From NCBI GenBank assembly GCA_000002445.1, contig AL929603.2, positions 448,001 to 512,000 on the forward strand: 64,000 nucleotides of DNA, in the 5' to 3' direction. Every line of letters begins with the position of its first letter. The first letter of the stretch is position 1. This stretch comes from Trypanosoma brucei. Its lineage: Eukaryota. Shown here piece by piece: positions 1-14,196 of this stretch. The notes below the pieces were generated by a model that worked only from the letters and a program-made list of their open reading frames with translations, did no database searches and had not been told where the DNA came from. A program made the position numbers and the translations under genes.

Positions 1-3000
1 GCGGAGGAATCCCAGCAACACACTGCGAGGAGTGAAGCTGACATTGATGAAGAGCAGCAGCCGCAGGAGCAGCAAACCGAAACCATCATGGACGAGGCAC
101 CATGCGCCCCGGAGGACTTCCTAGCGGAGGAATCCCAGCAACACACTGCGAGGAGTGAAGCTGACATTGATGAAGAGCAGCAGCCGCAGGAGCAGCAAAC
201 CGAAACCATCATGGACGAGGCACCATGCGCCCCGGAGGACTTCCTAGCGGAGGAATCCCAGCAACACACTGCGAGGAGTGAAGCTGACATTGATGAAGAG
301 CAGCAGCCGCAGGAGCAGCAAACCGAAGCCATCATGGACGAGGCACCATGCGCCCCGGAGGACTTCCTAGCGGAGGAATCCCAGCAACACACTGCGAGGA
401 GTGAAGCTGACATTGATGAAGAGCAGCAGCCGCAGGAGCAGCAAACCGAAACCATCATGGACGAGGCACCATGCGCCCCGGAGGACTTCCTAGCGGAGGA
501 ATCCCAGCAACACACTGCGAGGAGTGAAGCTGACATTGATGAAGAGCAGCAGCCGCAGGAGCAGCAAACCGAAACCATCATGGACGAGGCACCATGCGCC
601 CCGGAGGACTTCCTAGCGGAGGAATCCCAGCAACACACTGCGAGAAGTGAAGCTGACATTGATGAAGAGCAGCAGCCGCAGGAGCAGCAAACCGAAACCA
701 TCATGGACGAGGCACCATGCGCCCCGGAGGACTTCCTAGCGGAGGAATCCCAGCAACACACTGCGAGAAGTGAAGCTGACATTGATGTAGAGCAGCAGCC
801 GCAGGAGCAGCAAACCGAAACCATCATGGACGAGGCACCATGCGCCCCGGAGGACTTCCTAGCGGAGGAATCCCAGCAACACACTGCGAGAAGTGAAGCT
901 GACATTGATGAAGAGCAGCAGCCGCAGGAGCAGCAAACCGAAACCATCATGGACGAGGCACCATGCGCCCCGGAGGACTTCCTAGCGGAGGAATCCCAGC
1001 AACACACTGCGAGGAGTGAAGCTGACATTGATGAAGAGCAGCAGCCGCAGGAGCAGCAAACCGAAACCATCATGGACGAGGCACCATGCGCCCCGGAGGA
1101 CTTCCTAGCGGAGGAATCCCAGCAACACACTGCGAGGAGTGAAGCTGACATTGATGAAGAGCAGCAGCCGCAGGAGCAGCAAACCGAAACCATCATGGAC
1201 GAGGCACCATGCGCCCCGGAGGACTTCCTAGCGGAGGAATCCCAGCAACACACTGCGAGGAGTGAAGCTGACATTGATGAAGAGCAGCAGCCGCAGGAGC
1301 AGCAAACCGAAACCATCATGGACGAGGCACCATGCGCTCCGGAGGACTTCCTAGCGGAGGAATCCCAGCAACACACTGCGAGGAGTGAAGCTGACATTGA
1401 TGAAGAGCAGCAGCCGCAGGAGCAGCAAACCGAAACCATCATGGACGAGGCACCATGCGCTCCGGAGGACTTCCTAGCGGAGGAATCCCAGCAACACACT
1501 GCGAGGAGTGAAGCTGACATTGATGAAGAGCAGCAGCCGCAGGAGCAGCAAACCGAAACCATCATGGACGAGGCACCATGCGCCCCGGAGGACTTCCTAG
1601 CGGAGGAATCCCAGCAACACACTGCGAGGAGTGAAGCTGACATTGATGAAGAGCAGCAGCCGCAGGAGCAGCAAACCGAAACCATCATGGACGAGGCACC
1701 ATGCGCCCCGGAGGACTTCCTAGCGGAGGAATCCCAGCAACACACTGCGAGGAGTGAAGCTGACATTGATGAAGAGCAGCAGCCGCAGGAGCAGCAAACC
1801 GAAGCCATCATGGACGAGGCACCATGCGCTCCGGAGGACTTCCTAGCGGAGGAATCCCAGCAACACACTGCGAGGAGTGAAGCTGGCATTGATGAAGAGC
1901 AGCAGCCGCAGGAGCAGCAAACCGAAACCATCATGGACGAGGCACCATGCGCCCCGGAGGACTTCCTAGCGGAGGAATCCCAGCAACACACTGCGAGGAG
2001 TGAAGCTGACATTGATGAAGAGCAGCAGCCGCAGGAGCAGCAAACCGAAACCATCATGGACGAGGCACCATGCGCTCCGGAGGACTTCCTAGCGGAGGAA
2101 TCCCAGCAACACACTGCGAGGAGTGAAGCTGACATTGATGAAGAGCAGCAGCCGCAGGAGCAGCAAACCGAAACCATCATGGACGAGGCACCATGCGCCC
2201 CGGAGGACTTCCTAGCGGAGGAATCCCAGCAACACACTGCGAGGAGTGAAGCTGACATTGATGAAGAGCAGCAGCCGCAGGAGCAGCAAACCGAAGCCAT
2301 CATGGACGAGGCACCATGCGCCCCGGAGGACTTCCTAGCGGAGGAATCCCAGCAACACACTGCGAGGAGTGAAGCTGACATTGATGAAGAGCAGCAGCCG
2401 CAGGAGCAGCAAACCGAAGCCATCATGGACGAGGCACCATGCGCCCCGGAGGACTTCCTAGCGGAGGAATCCCAGCAACACACTGCGAGGAGTGAAGCTG
2501 ACATTGATGAAGAGCAGCAGCCGCAGGAGCAGCAAACCGAAGCCATCATGGACGAGGCACCATGCGCCCCGGAGGACTTCCTAGCGGAGGAATCCCAGCA
2601 ACACACTGCGAGGAGTGAAGCTGACATTGATGAAGAGCAGCAGCCGCAGGAGCAGCAAACCGAAACCATCATGGACGAGGCACCATGCGCCCCGGAGGAC
2701 TTCCTAGCGGAGGAATCCCAGCAACACACTGCGAGGAGTGAAGCTGACATTGATGAAGAGCAGCAGCCGCAGGAGCAGCAAACCGAAACCATCATGGACG
2801 AGGCACCATGCGCCCCGGAGGACTTCCTAGCGGAGGAATCCCAGCAACACACTGCGAGGAGTGAAGCTGACATTGATGAAGAGCAGCAGCCGCAGGAGCA
2901 GCAAACCGAAACCATCATGGACGAGGCACCATGCGCCCCGGAGGACTTCCTAGCGGAGGAATCCCAGCAACACACTGCGAGGAGTGAAGCTGACATTGAT

Positions 3001-6000
3001 GAAGAGCAGCAGCCGCAGGAGCAGCAAACCGAAACCATCATGGACGAGGCACCATGCGCCCCGGAGGACTTCATAGCGGAGGAATCCCAGCAACACACTG
3101 CGAGGAGTGAAGCTGACATTGATGAAGAGCAGCAGCCGCAGGAGCAGCAAACCGAAGCCATCATGGACGAGGCACCATGCGCCCCGGAGGACTTCATAGC
3201 GGAGGAATCCCAGCAACACACTGCGAGGAGTGAAGCTGACATTGATGAAGAGCAGCAGCCGCAGGAGCAGCAAACCGAAACCATCATGGACGAGGCACCA
3301 TGCGCCCCGGAGGACTTCATAGCGGAGGAATCCCAGCAACACACTGCGAGGAGTGAAGCTGACATTGATGAAGAGCAGCAGCCGCAGGAGCAGCAAACCG
3401 AAACCATCATGGACGAGGCACCATGCGCCCCGGAGGACTTCCTAGCGGAGGAATCCCAGCAACACACTGCGAGGAGTGAAGCTGACATTGATGAAGAGCA
3501 GCAGCCGCAGGAGCAGCAAACCGAAACCATCATGGACGAGGCACCATGCGCCCCGGAGGACTTCCTAGCGGAGGAATCCCAGCAACACACTGCGAGGAGT
3601 GAAGCTGACATTGATGAAGAGCAGCAGCCGCAGGAGCAGCAAACCGAAACCATCATGGACGAGGCACCATGCGCCCCGGAGGACTTCCTAGCGGAGGAAT
3701 CCCAGCAACACACTGCGAGGAGTGAAGCTGACATTGATGAAGAGCAGCAGCCGCAGGAGCAGCAAACCGAAACCATCATGGACGAGGCACCATGCGCCCC
3801 GGAGGACTTCCTAGCGGAGGAATCCCAGCAACACACTGCGAGAAGTGAAGCTGACATTGATGAAGAGCAGCAGCCGCAGGAGCAGCAAACCGAAACCATC
3901 ATGGACGAGGCACCATGCGCCCCGGAGGACTTCCTAGCGGAGGAATCCCAGCAACACACTGCGAGAAGTGAAGCTGACATTGATGTAGAGCAGCAGCCGC
4001 AGGAGCAGCAAACCGAAACCATCATGGACGAGGCACCATGCGCCCCGGAGGACTTCCTAGCGGAGGAATCCCAGCAACACACTGCGAGAAGTGAAGCTGA
4101 CATTGATGAAGAGCAGCAGCCGCAGGAGCAGCAAACCGAAACCATCATGGACGAGGCACCATGCGCCCCGGAGGACTTCCTAGCGGAGGAATCCCAGCAA
4201 CACACTGCGAGAAGTGAAGCTGACATTGATGAAGAGCAGCAGCCGCAGGAGCAGCAAACCGAAACCATCATGGACGAGGCACCATGCGCCCCGGAGGACT
4301 TCCTAGCGGAGGAATCCCAGCAACACACTGCGAGGAGTGAAGCTGACATTGATGAAGAGCAGCAGCCGCAGGAGCAGCAAACCGAAACCATCATGGACGA
4401 GGCACCATGCGCCCCGGAGGACTTCCTAGCGGAGGAATCCCAGCAACACACTGCGAGGAGTGAAGCTGACATTGATGAAGAGCAGCAGCCGCAGGAGCAG
4501 CAAACCGAAACCATCATGGACGAGGCACCATGCGCCCCGGAGGACTTCCTAGCGGAGGAATCCCAGCAACACACTGCGAGGAGTGAAGCTGACATTGATG
4601 AAGAGCAGCAGCCGCAGGAGCAGCAAACCGAAACCATCATGGACGAGGCACCATGCGCCCCGGAGGACTTCATAGCGGAGGAATCCCAGCAACACACTGC
4701 GAGGAGTGAAGCTGACATTGATGAAGAGCAGCAGCCGCAGGAGCAGCAAACCGAAACCATCATGGACGAGGCACCATGCGCCCCGGAGGACTTCATAGCG
4801 GAGGAATCCCAGCAACACACTGCGAGGAGTGAAGCTGACATTGATGAAGAGCAGCAGCCGCAGGAGCAGCAAACCGAAACCATCATGGACGAGGCACCAT
4901 GCGCCCCGGAGGACTTCCTAGCGGAGGAATCCCAGCAACACACTGCGAGGAGTGAAGCTGACATTGATGAAGAGCAGCAGCCGCAGGAGCAGCAAACCGA
5001 AACCATCATGGACGAGGCACCATGCGCCCCGGAGGACTTCCTAGCGGAGGAATCCCAGCAACACACTGCGAGGAGTGAAGCTGACATTGATGAAGAGCAG
5101 CAGCCGCAGGAGCAGCAAACCGAAACCATCATGGACGAGGCACCATGCGCTCCGGAGGACTTCCTAGCGGAGGAATCCCAGCAACACACTGCGAGGAGTG
5201 AAGCTGACATTGATGAAGAGCAGCAGCCGCAGGAGCAGCAAACCGAAACCATCATGGACGAGGCACCATGCGCCCCGGAGGACTTCCTAGCGGAGGAATC
5301 CCAGCAACACACTGCGAGGAGTGAAGCTGACATTGATGAAGAGCAGCAGCCGCAGGAGCAGCAAACCGAAACCATCATGGACGAGGCACCATGCGCCCCG
5401 GAGGACTTCCTAGCGGAGGAATCCCAGCAACACACTGCGAGGAGTGAAGCTGACATTGATGAAGAGCAGCAGCCGCAGGAGCAGCAAACCGAAACCATCA
5501 TGGACGAGGCACCATGCGCCCCGGAGGACTTCCTAGCGGAGGAATCCCAGCAACACACTGCGAGGAGTGAAGCTGACATTGATGAAGAGCAGCAGCCGCA
5601 GGAGCAGCAAACCGAAGCCATCATGGACGAGGCACCATGCGCCCCGGAGGACTTCCTAGCGGAGGAATCCCAGCAACACACTGCGAGGAGTGAAGCTGAC
5701 ATTGATGAAGAGCAGCAGCCGCAGGAGCAGCAAACCGAAGCCATCATGGACGAGGCACCATGCGCCCCGGAGGACTTCCTAGCGGAGGAATCCCAGCAAC
5801 ACACTGCGAGGAGTGAAGCTGACATTGATGAAGAGCAGCAGCCGCAGGAGCAGCAAACCGAAGCCATCATGGACGAGGCACCATGCGCCCCGGAGGACTT
5901 CCTAGCGGAGGAATCCCAGCAACACACTGCGAGAAGTGAAGCTGACATTGATGAAGAGCAGCAGCCGCAGGAGCAGCAAACCGAAACCATCATGGACGAG

Positions 6001-9000
6001 GCACCATGCGCCCCGGAGGACTTCCTAGCGGAGGAATCCCAGCAACACACTGCGAGAAGTGAAGCTGACATTGATGAAGAGCAGCAGCCGCAGGAGCAGC
6101 AAACCGAAACCATCATGGACGAGGCACCATGCGCCCCGGAGGACTTCCTAGCGGAGGAATCCCAGCAACACACTGCGAGGAGTGAAGCTGACATTGATGA
6201 AGAGCAGCAGCCGCAGGAGCAGCAAACCGAAACCATCATGGACGAGGCACCATGCGCCCCGGAGGACTTCCTAGCGGAGGAATCCCAGCAACACACTGCG
6301 AGAAGTGAAGCTGACATTGATGAAGAGCAGCAGCCGCAGGAGCAGCAAACCGAAACCATCATGGACGAGGCACCATGCGCCCCGGAGGACTTCCTAGCGG
6401 AGGAATCCCAGCAACACACTGCGAGAAGTGAAGCTGACATTGATGAAGAGCAGCAGCCGCAGGAGCAGCAAACCGAAACCATCATGGACGAGGCACCATG
6501 CGCCCCGGAGGACTTCCTAGCGGAGGAATCCCAGCAACACACTGCGAGGAGTGAAGCTGACATTGATGAAGAGCAGCAGCCGCAGGAGCAGCAAACCGAA
6601 ACCATCATGGACGAGGCACCATGCGCCCCGGAGGACTTCCTAGCGGAGGAATCCCAGCAACACACTGCGAGGAGTGAAGCTGACATTGATGAAGAGCAGC
6701 AGCCGCAGGAGCAGCAAACCGAAACCATCATGGACGAGGCACCATGCGCCCCGGAGGACTTCCTAGCGGAGGAATCCCAGCAACACACTGCGAGAAGTGA
6801 AGCTGACATTGATGAAGAGCAGCAGCCGCAGGAGCAGCAAACCGAAACCATCATGGACGAGGCACCATGCGCCCCGGAGGACTTCCTAGCGGAGGAATCC
6901 CAGCAACACACTGCGAGGAGTGAAGCTGACATTGATGAAGAGCAGCAGCCGCAGGAGCAGCAAACCGAAACCATCATGGACGAGGCACCATGCGCCCCGG
7001 AGGACTTCCTAGCGGAGGAATCCCAGCAACACACTGCGAGGAGTGAAGCTGACATTGATGAAGAGCAGCAGCCGCAGGAGCAGCAAACCGAACCCATCAT
7101 GGACGAGGCACCATGCGCCCCGGAGGACTTCCTAGCGGAGGAATCCCAGCAACACACTGCGAGGAGTGAAGCTGACATTGATGAAGAGCAGCAGCCGCAG
7201 GAGCAGCAAACCGAAGCCATCATGGACGAGGCACCATGCGCCCCGGAGGACTTCCTAGCGGAGGAATCCCAGCAACACACTGCGAGGAGTGAAGCTGACA
7301 TTGATGAAGAGCAGCAGCCGCAGGAGCAGCAAACCGAAGCCATCATGGACGAGGCACCATGCGCCCCGGAGGACTTCCTAGCGGAGGAATCCCAGCAACA
7401 CACTGCGAGGAGTGAAGCTGACATTGATGAAGAGCAGCAGCCGCAGGAGCAGCAAACCGAAGCCATCATGGACGAGGCACCATGCGCCCCGGAGGACTTC
7501 CTAGCGGAGGAATCCCAGCAACACACTGCGAGGAGTGAAGCTGACATTGATGAAGAGCAGCAGCCGCAGGAGCAGCAAACCGAAACCATCATGGACGAGG
7601 CACCATGCGCCCCGGAGGACTTCCTAGCGGAGGAATCCCAGCAACACACTGCGAGGAGTGAAGCTGACATTGATGAAGAGCAGCAGCCGCAGGAGCAGCA
7701 AACCGAAACCATCATGGACGAGGCACCATGCGCCCCGGAGGACTTCCTAGCGGAGGAATCCCAGCAACACACTGCGAGGAGTGAAGCTGACATTGATGAA
7801 GAGCAGCAGCCGCAGGAGCAGCAAACCGAAACCATCATGGACGAGGCACCATGCGCCCCGGAGGACTTCCTAGCGGAGGAATCCCAGCAACACACTGCGA
7901 GGAGTGAAGCTGACATTGATGAAGAGCAGCAGCCGCAGGAGCAGCAAACCGAAGCCATCATGGACGAGGCACCATGCGCCCCGGAGGACTTCATAGCGGA
8001 GGAATCCCAGCAACACACTGCGAGGAGTGAAGCTGACATTGATGAAGAGCAGCAGCCGCAGGAGCAGCAAACCGAAACCATCATGGACGAGGCACCATGC
8101 GCCCCGGAGGACTTCCTAGCGGAGGAATCCCAGCAACACACTGCGAGGAGTGAAGCTGACATTGATGAAGAGCAGCAGCCGCAGGAGCAGCAAACCGAAA
8201 CCATCATGGACGAGGCACCATGCGCCCCGGAGGACTTCCTAGCGGAGGAATCCCAGCAACACACTGCGAGAAGTGAAGCTGACATTGATGTAGAGCAGCA
8301 GCCGCAGGAGCAGCAAACCGAAACCATCATGGACGAGGCACCATGCGCCCCGGAGGACTTCCTAGCGGAGGAATCCCAGCAACACACTGCGAGAAGTGAA
8401 GCTGACATTGATGAAGAGCAGCAGCCGCAGGAGCAGCAAACCGAAACCATCATGGACGAGGCACCATGCGCCCCGGAGGACTTCCTAGCGGAGGAATCCC
8501 AGCAACACACTGCGAGGAGTGAAGCTGACATTGATGAAGAGCAGCAGCCGCAGGAGCAGCAAACCGAAACCATCATGGACGAGGCACCATGCGCCCCGGA
8601 GGACTTCCTAGCGGAGGAATCCCAGCAACACACTGCGAGAAGTGAAGCTGACATTGATGAAGAGCAGCAGCCGCAGGAGCAGCAAACCGAAACCATCATG
8701 GACGAGGCACCATGCGCCCCGGAGGACTTCCTAGCGGAGGAATCCCAGCAACACACTGCGAGGAGTGAAGCTGACATTGATGAAGAGCAGCAGCCGCAGG
8801 AGCAGCAAACCGAAACCATCATGGACGAGGCACCATGCGCCCCGGAGGACTTCCTAGCGGAGGAATCCCAGCAACACACTGCGAGGAGTGAAGCTGACAT
8901 TGATGAAGAGCAGCAGCCGCAGGAGCAGCAAACCGAAACCATCATGGACGAGGCACCATGCGCCCCGGAGGACTTCCTAGCGGAGGAATCCCAGCAACAC

Positions 9001-12000
9001 ACTGCGAGGAGTGAAGCTGACATTGATGAAGAGCAGCAGCCGCAGGAGCAGCAAACCGAAACCATCATGGACGAGGCACCATGCGCCCCGGAGGACTTCC
9101 TAGCGGAGGAATCCCAGCAACACACTGCGAGGAGTGAAGCTGACATTGATGAAGAGCAGCAGCCGCAGGAGCAGCAAACCGAAACCATCATGGACGAGGC
9201 ACCATGCGCCCCGGAGGACTTCCTAGCGGAGGAATCCCAGCAACACACTGCGAGGAGTGAAGCTGACATTGATGAAGAGCAGCAGCCGCAGGAGCAGCAA
9301 ACCGAAGCCATCATGGACGAGGCACCATGCGCCCCGGAGGACTTCCTAGCGGAGGAATCCCAGCAACACACTGCGAGGAGTGAAGCTGACATTGATGAAG
9401 AGCAGCAGCCGCAGGAGCAGCAAACCGAAGCCATCATGGACGAGGCACCATGCGCCCCGGAGGACTTCCTAGCGGAGGAATCCCAGCAACACACTGCGAG
9501 GAGTGAAGCTGACATTGATGAAGAGCAGCAGCCGCAGGAGCAGCAAACCGAAGCCATCATGGACGAGGCACCATGCGCCCCGGAGGACTTCATAGCGGAG
9601 GAATCCCAGCAACACACTGCGAGGAGTGAAGCTGACATTGATGAAGAGCAGCAGCCGCAGGAGCAGCAAACCGAAACCATCATGGACGAGGCACCATGCG
9701 CCCCGGAGGACTTCATAGCGGAGGAATCCCAGCAACACACTGCGAGGAGTGAAGCTGACATTGATGAAGAGCAGCAGCCGCAGGAGCAGCAAACCGAAAC
9801 CATCATGGACGAGGCACCATGCGCCCCGGAGGACTTCCTAGCGGAGGAATCCCAGCAACACACTGCGAGAAGTGAAGCTGACATTGATGAAGAGCAGCAG
9901 CCGCAGGAGCAGCAAACCGAAACCATCATGGACGAGGCACCATGCGCCCCGGAGGACTTCCTAGCGGAGGAATCCCAGCAACACACTGCGAGGAGTGAAG
10001 CTGACATTGATGAAGAGCAGCAGCCGCAGGAGCAGCAAACCGAAACCATCATGGACGAGGCACCATGCGCCCCGGAGGACTTCCTAGCGGAGGAATCCCA
10101 GCAACACACTGCGAGAAGTGAAGCTGACATTGATGAAGAGCAGCAGCCGCAGGAGCAGCAAACCGAAACCATCATGGACGAGGCACCATGCGCCCCGGAG
10201 GACTTCCTAGCGGAGGAATCCCAGCAACACACTGCGAGGAGTGAAGCTGACATTGATGAAGAGCAGCAGCCGCAGGAGCAGCAAACCGAAACCATCATGG
10301 ACGAGGCACCATGCGCTCCGGAGGACTTCCTAGCGGAGGAATCCCAGCAACACACTGCGAGGAGTGAAGCTGACATTGATGAAGAGCAGCAGCCGCAGGA
10401 GCAGCAAACCGAAACCATCATGGACGAGGCACCATGCGCCCCGGAGGACTTCCTAGCGGAGGAATCCCAGCAACACACTGCGAGGAGTGAAGCTGACATT
10501 GATGAAGAGCAGCAGCCGCAGGAGCAGCAAACCGAAACCATCATGGACGAGGCACCATGCGCCCCGGAGGACTTCCTAGCGGAGGAATCCCAGCAACACA
10601 CTGCGAGGAGTGAAGCTGACATTGATGAAGAGCAGCAGCCGCAGGAGCAGCAAACCGAAACCATCATGGACGAGGCACCATGCGCTCCGGAGGACTTCCT
10701 AGCGGAGGAATCCCAGCAACACACTGCGAGGAGTGAAGCTGACATTGATGAAGAGCAGCAGCCGCAGGAGCAGCAAACCGAAACCATCATGGACGAGGCA
10801 CCATGCGCTCCGGAGGACTTCCTAGCGGAGGAATCCCAGCAACACACTGCGAGGAGTGAAGCTGACATTGATGAAGAGCAGCAGCCGCAGGAGCAGCAAA
10901 CCGAAACCATCATGGACGAGGCACCATGCGCTCCGGAGGACTTCCTAGCGGAGGAATCCCAGCAACACACTGCGAGGAGTGAAGCTGACATTGATGAAGA
11001 GCAGCAGCCGCAGGAGCAGCAAACCGAAACCATCATGGACGAGGCACCATGCGCCCCGGAGGACTTCCTAGCGGAGGAATCCCAGCAACACACTGCGAGG
11101 AGTGAAGCTGACATTGATGAAGAGCAGCAGCCGCAGGAGCAGCAAACCGAAACCATCATGGACGAGGCACCATGCGCCCCGGAGGACTTCATAGCGGAGG
11201 AATCCCAGCAACACACTGCGAGGAGTGAAGCTGACATTGATGAAGAGCAGCAGCCGCAGGAGCAGCAAACCGAAACCATCATGGACGAGGCACCATGCGC
11301 CCCGGAGGACTTCATAGCGGAGGAATCCCAGCAACACACTGCGAGGAGTGAAGCTGACATTGATGAAGAGCAGCAGCCGCAGGAGCAGCAAACCGAAACC
11401 ATCATGGACGAGGCACCATGCGCCCCGGAGGACTTCATAGCGGAGGAATCCCAGCAACACACTGCGAGGAGTGAAGCTGACATTGATGAAGAGCAGCAGC
11501 CGCAGGAGCAGCAAACCGAAACCATCATGGACGAGGCACCATGCGCCCCGGAGGACTTCATAGCGGAGGAATCCCAGCAACACACTGCGAGGAGTGAAGC
11601 TGACATTGATGAAGAGCAGCAGCCGCAGGAGCAGCAAACCGAAACCATCATGGACGAGGCACCATGCGCCCCGGAGGACTTCATAGCGGAGGAATCCCAG
11701 CAACACACTGCGAGGAGTGAAGCTGACATTGATGAAGAGCAGCAGCCGCAGGAGCAGCAAACCGAAGCCATCATGGACGAGGCACCATGCGCTCCGGAGG
11801 ACTTCATAGCGGAGGAATCCCAGCAACACACTGCGAGGAGTGAAGCTGACATTGATGAAGAGCAGCAGCCGCAGGAGCAGCAAACCGAAGCCATCATGGA
11901 CGAGGCACCATGCGCCCCGGAGGACTTCCTAGCGGAGGAATCCCAGCAACACACTGCGAGGAGTGAAGCTGACATTGATGAAGAGCAGCAGCCGCAGGAG

Positions 12001-14196
12001 CAGCAAACCGAAACCATCATGGACGAGGCACCATGCGCCCCGGAGGACTTCCTAGCGGAGGAATCCCAGCAACACACTGCGAGGAGTGAAGCTGACATTG
12101 ATGAAGAGCAGCAGCCGCAGGAGCAGCAAACCGAAACCATCATGGACGAGGCACCATGCGCCCCGGAGGACTTCATAGCGGAGGAATCCCAGCAACACAC
12201 TGCGAGGAGTGAAGCTGACATTGATGAAGAGCAGCAGCCGCAGGAGCAGCAAACCGAAACCATCATGGACGAGGCACCATGCGCCCCGGAGGACTTCCTA
12301 GCGGAGGAATCCCAGCAACACACTGCGAGGAGTGAAGCTGACATTGATGAAGAGCAGCAGCCGCAGGAGCAGCAAACCGAAACCATCATGGACGAGGCAC
12401 CATGCGCCCCGGAGGACTTCCTAGCGGAGGAATCCCAGCAACACACTGCGAGGAGTGAAGCTGACATTGATGAAGAGCAGCAGCCGCAGGAGCAGCAAAC
12501 CGAAACCATCATGGACGAGGCACCATGCGCTCCGGAGGACTTCCTAGCGGAGGAATCCCAGCAACACACTGCGAGGAGTGAAGCTGACATTGATGAAGAG
12601 CAGCAGCCGCAGGAGCAGCAAACCGAAACCATCATGGACGAGGCACCATGCGCCCCGGAGGACTTCCTAGCGGAGGAATCCCAGCAACACACTGCGAGGA
12701 GTGAAGCTGACATTGATGAAGAGCAGCAGCCGCAGGAGCAGCAAACCGAAGCCATCATGGACGAGGCACCATGCGCCCCGGAGGACTTCCTAGCGGAGGA
12801 ATCCCAGCAACACACTGCGAGGAGTGAAGCTGACATTGATGAAGAGCAGCAGCCGCAGGAGCAGCAAACCGAAGCCATCATGGACGAGGCACCATGCGCC
12901 CCGGAGGACTTCCTAGCGGAGGAATCCCAGCAACACACTGCGAGGAGTGAAGCTGACATTGATGAAGAGCAGCAGCCGCAGGAGCAGCAAACCGAAACCA
13001 TCATGGACGAGGCACCATGCGCTCCGGAGGACTTCCTAGCGGAGGAATCCCAGCAACACACTGCGAGGAGTGAAGCTGACATTGATGAAGAGCAGCAGCC
13101 GCAGGAGCAGCAAACCGAAGCCATCATGGACGAGGCACCATGCGCCCCGGAGGACTTCCTAGCGGAGGAATCCCAGCAACACACTGCGAGGAGTGAAGCT
13201 GACATTGATGAAGAGCAGCAGCCGCAGGAGCAGCAAACCGAAACCATCATGGACGAGGCACCATGCGCCCCGGAGGACTTCCTAGCGGAGGAATCCCAGC
13301 AACACACTGCGAGGAGTGAAGCTGACATTGATGAAGAGCAGCAGCCGCAGGAGCAGCAAACCGAAACCATCATGGACGAGGCACCATGCGCCCCGGAGGA
13401 CTTCATAGCGGAGGAATCCCAGCAACACACTGCGAGGAGTGAAGCTGACATTGATGAAGAGCAGCAGCCGCAGGAGCAGCAAACCGAAACCATCATGGAC
13501 GAGGCACCATGCGCCCCGGAGGACTTCATAGCGGAGGAATCCCAGCAACACACTGCGAGGAGTGAAGCTGACATTGATGAAGAGCAGCAGCCGCAGGAGC
13601 AGCAAACCGAAACCATCATGGACGAGGCACCATGCGCCCCGGAGGACTTCCTAGCGGAGGAATCCCAGCAACACACTGCGAGGAGTGAAGCTGACATTGA
13701 TGAAGAGCAGCAGCCGCAGGAGCAGCAAACCGAAACCATCATGGACGAGGCACCATGCGCCCCGGAGGACTTCCTAGCGGAGGAATCCCAGCAACACACT
13801 GCGAGGAGTGAAGCTGACATTGATGAAGAGCAGCAGCCGCAGGAGCAGCAAACCGAAACCATCATGGACGAGGCACCATGCGCTCCGGAGGACTTCCTAG
13901 CGGAGGAATCCCAGCAACACACTGCGAGGAGTGAAGCTGACATTGATGAAGAGCAGCAGCCGCAGGAGCAGCAAACCGAAACCATCATGGACGAGGCACC
14001 ATGCGCTCCGGAGGACTTCCTAGCGGAGGAATCCCAGCAACACACTGCGAGGAGTGAAGCTGACATTGATGAAGAGCAGCAGCCGCAGGAGCAGCAAACC
14101 GAAACCATCATGGACGAGGCACCATGCGCTCCGGAGGACTTCCTAGCGGAGGAATCCCAGCAACACACTGCGAGGAGTGAAGCTGACATTGATGAT
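1..14196 (+). repeat. Tandem array of a 123-bp unit, about 115.4 copies at roughly 99% identity. It is the coding repeat of the giant protein.
   Basis: Direct reading of the sequence shows period 123. The variants are cta/ata (L/I), acc/gcc (T/A), ccc/ctc and agg/aga (both synonymous), gaa/gta (E/V), and single gac/ggc and acc/ccc changes. Confidence 0.95.

Noticed and set aside
2950-13605. Seven minus-strand ORFs inside the repeat array: 2950-3396, 4549-4872, 7870-8070, 9469-9792, 11068-11883, 12052-12252 and 13282-13605. All encode 'MLLLRLLLFINVSF...' repeats.
   Set aside because: They are frame artefacts. The common unit has ...cctagcgg..., which is a TAG stop on the reverse strand. The FIAEE variant has ...catagcgg..., which removes that stop and creates an ATG. 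So these ORFs only mark runs of the cta>ata variant (3, 2, 1, 2, 6, 1 and 2 units respectively). They are useful as variant markers and are not genes.
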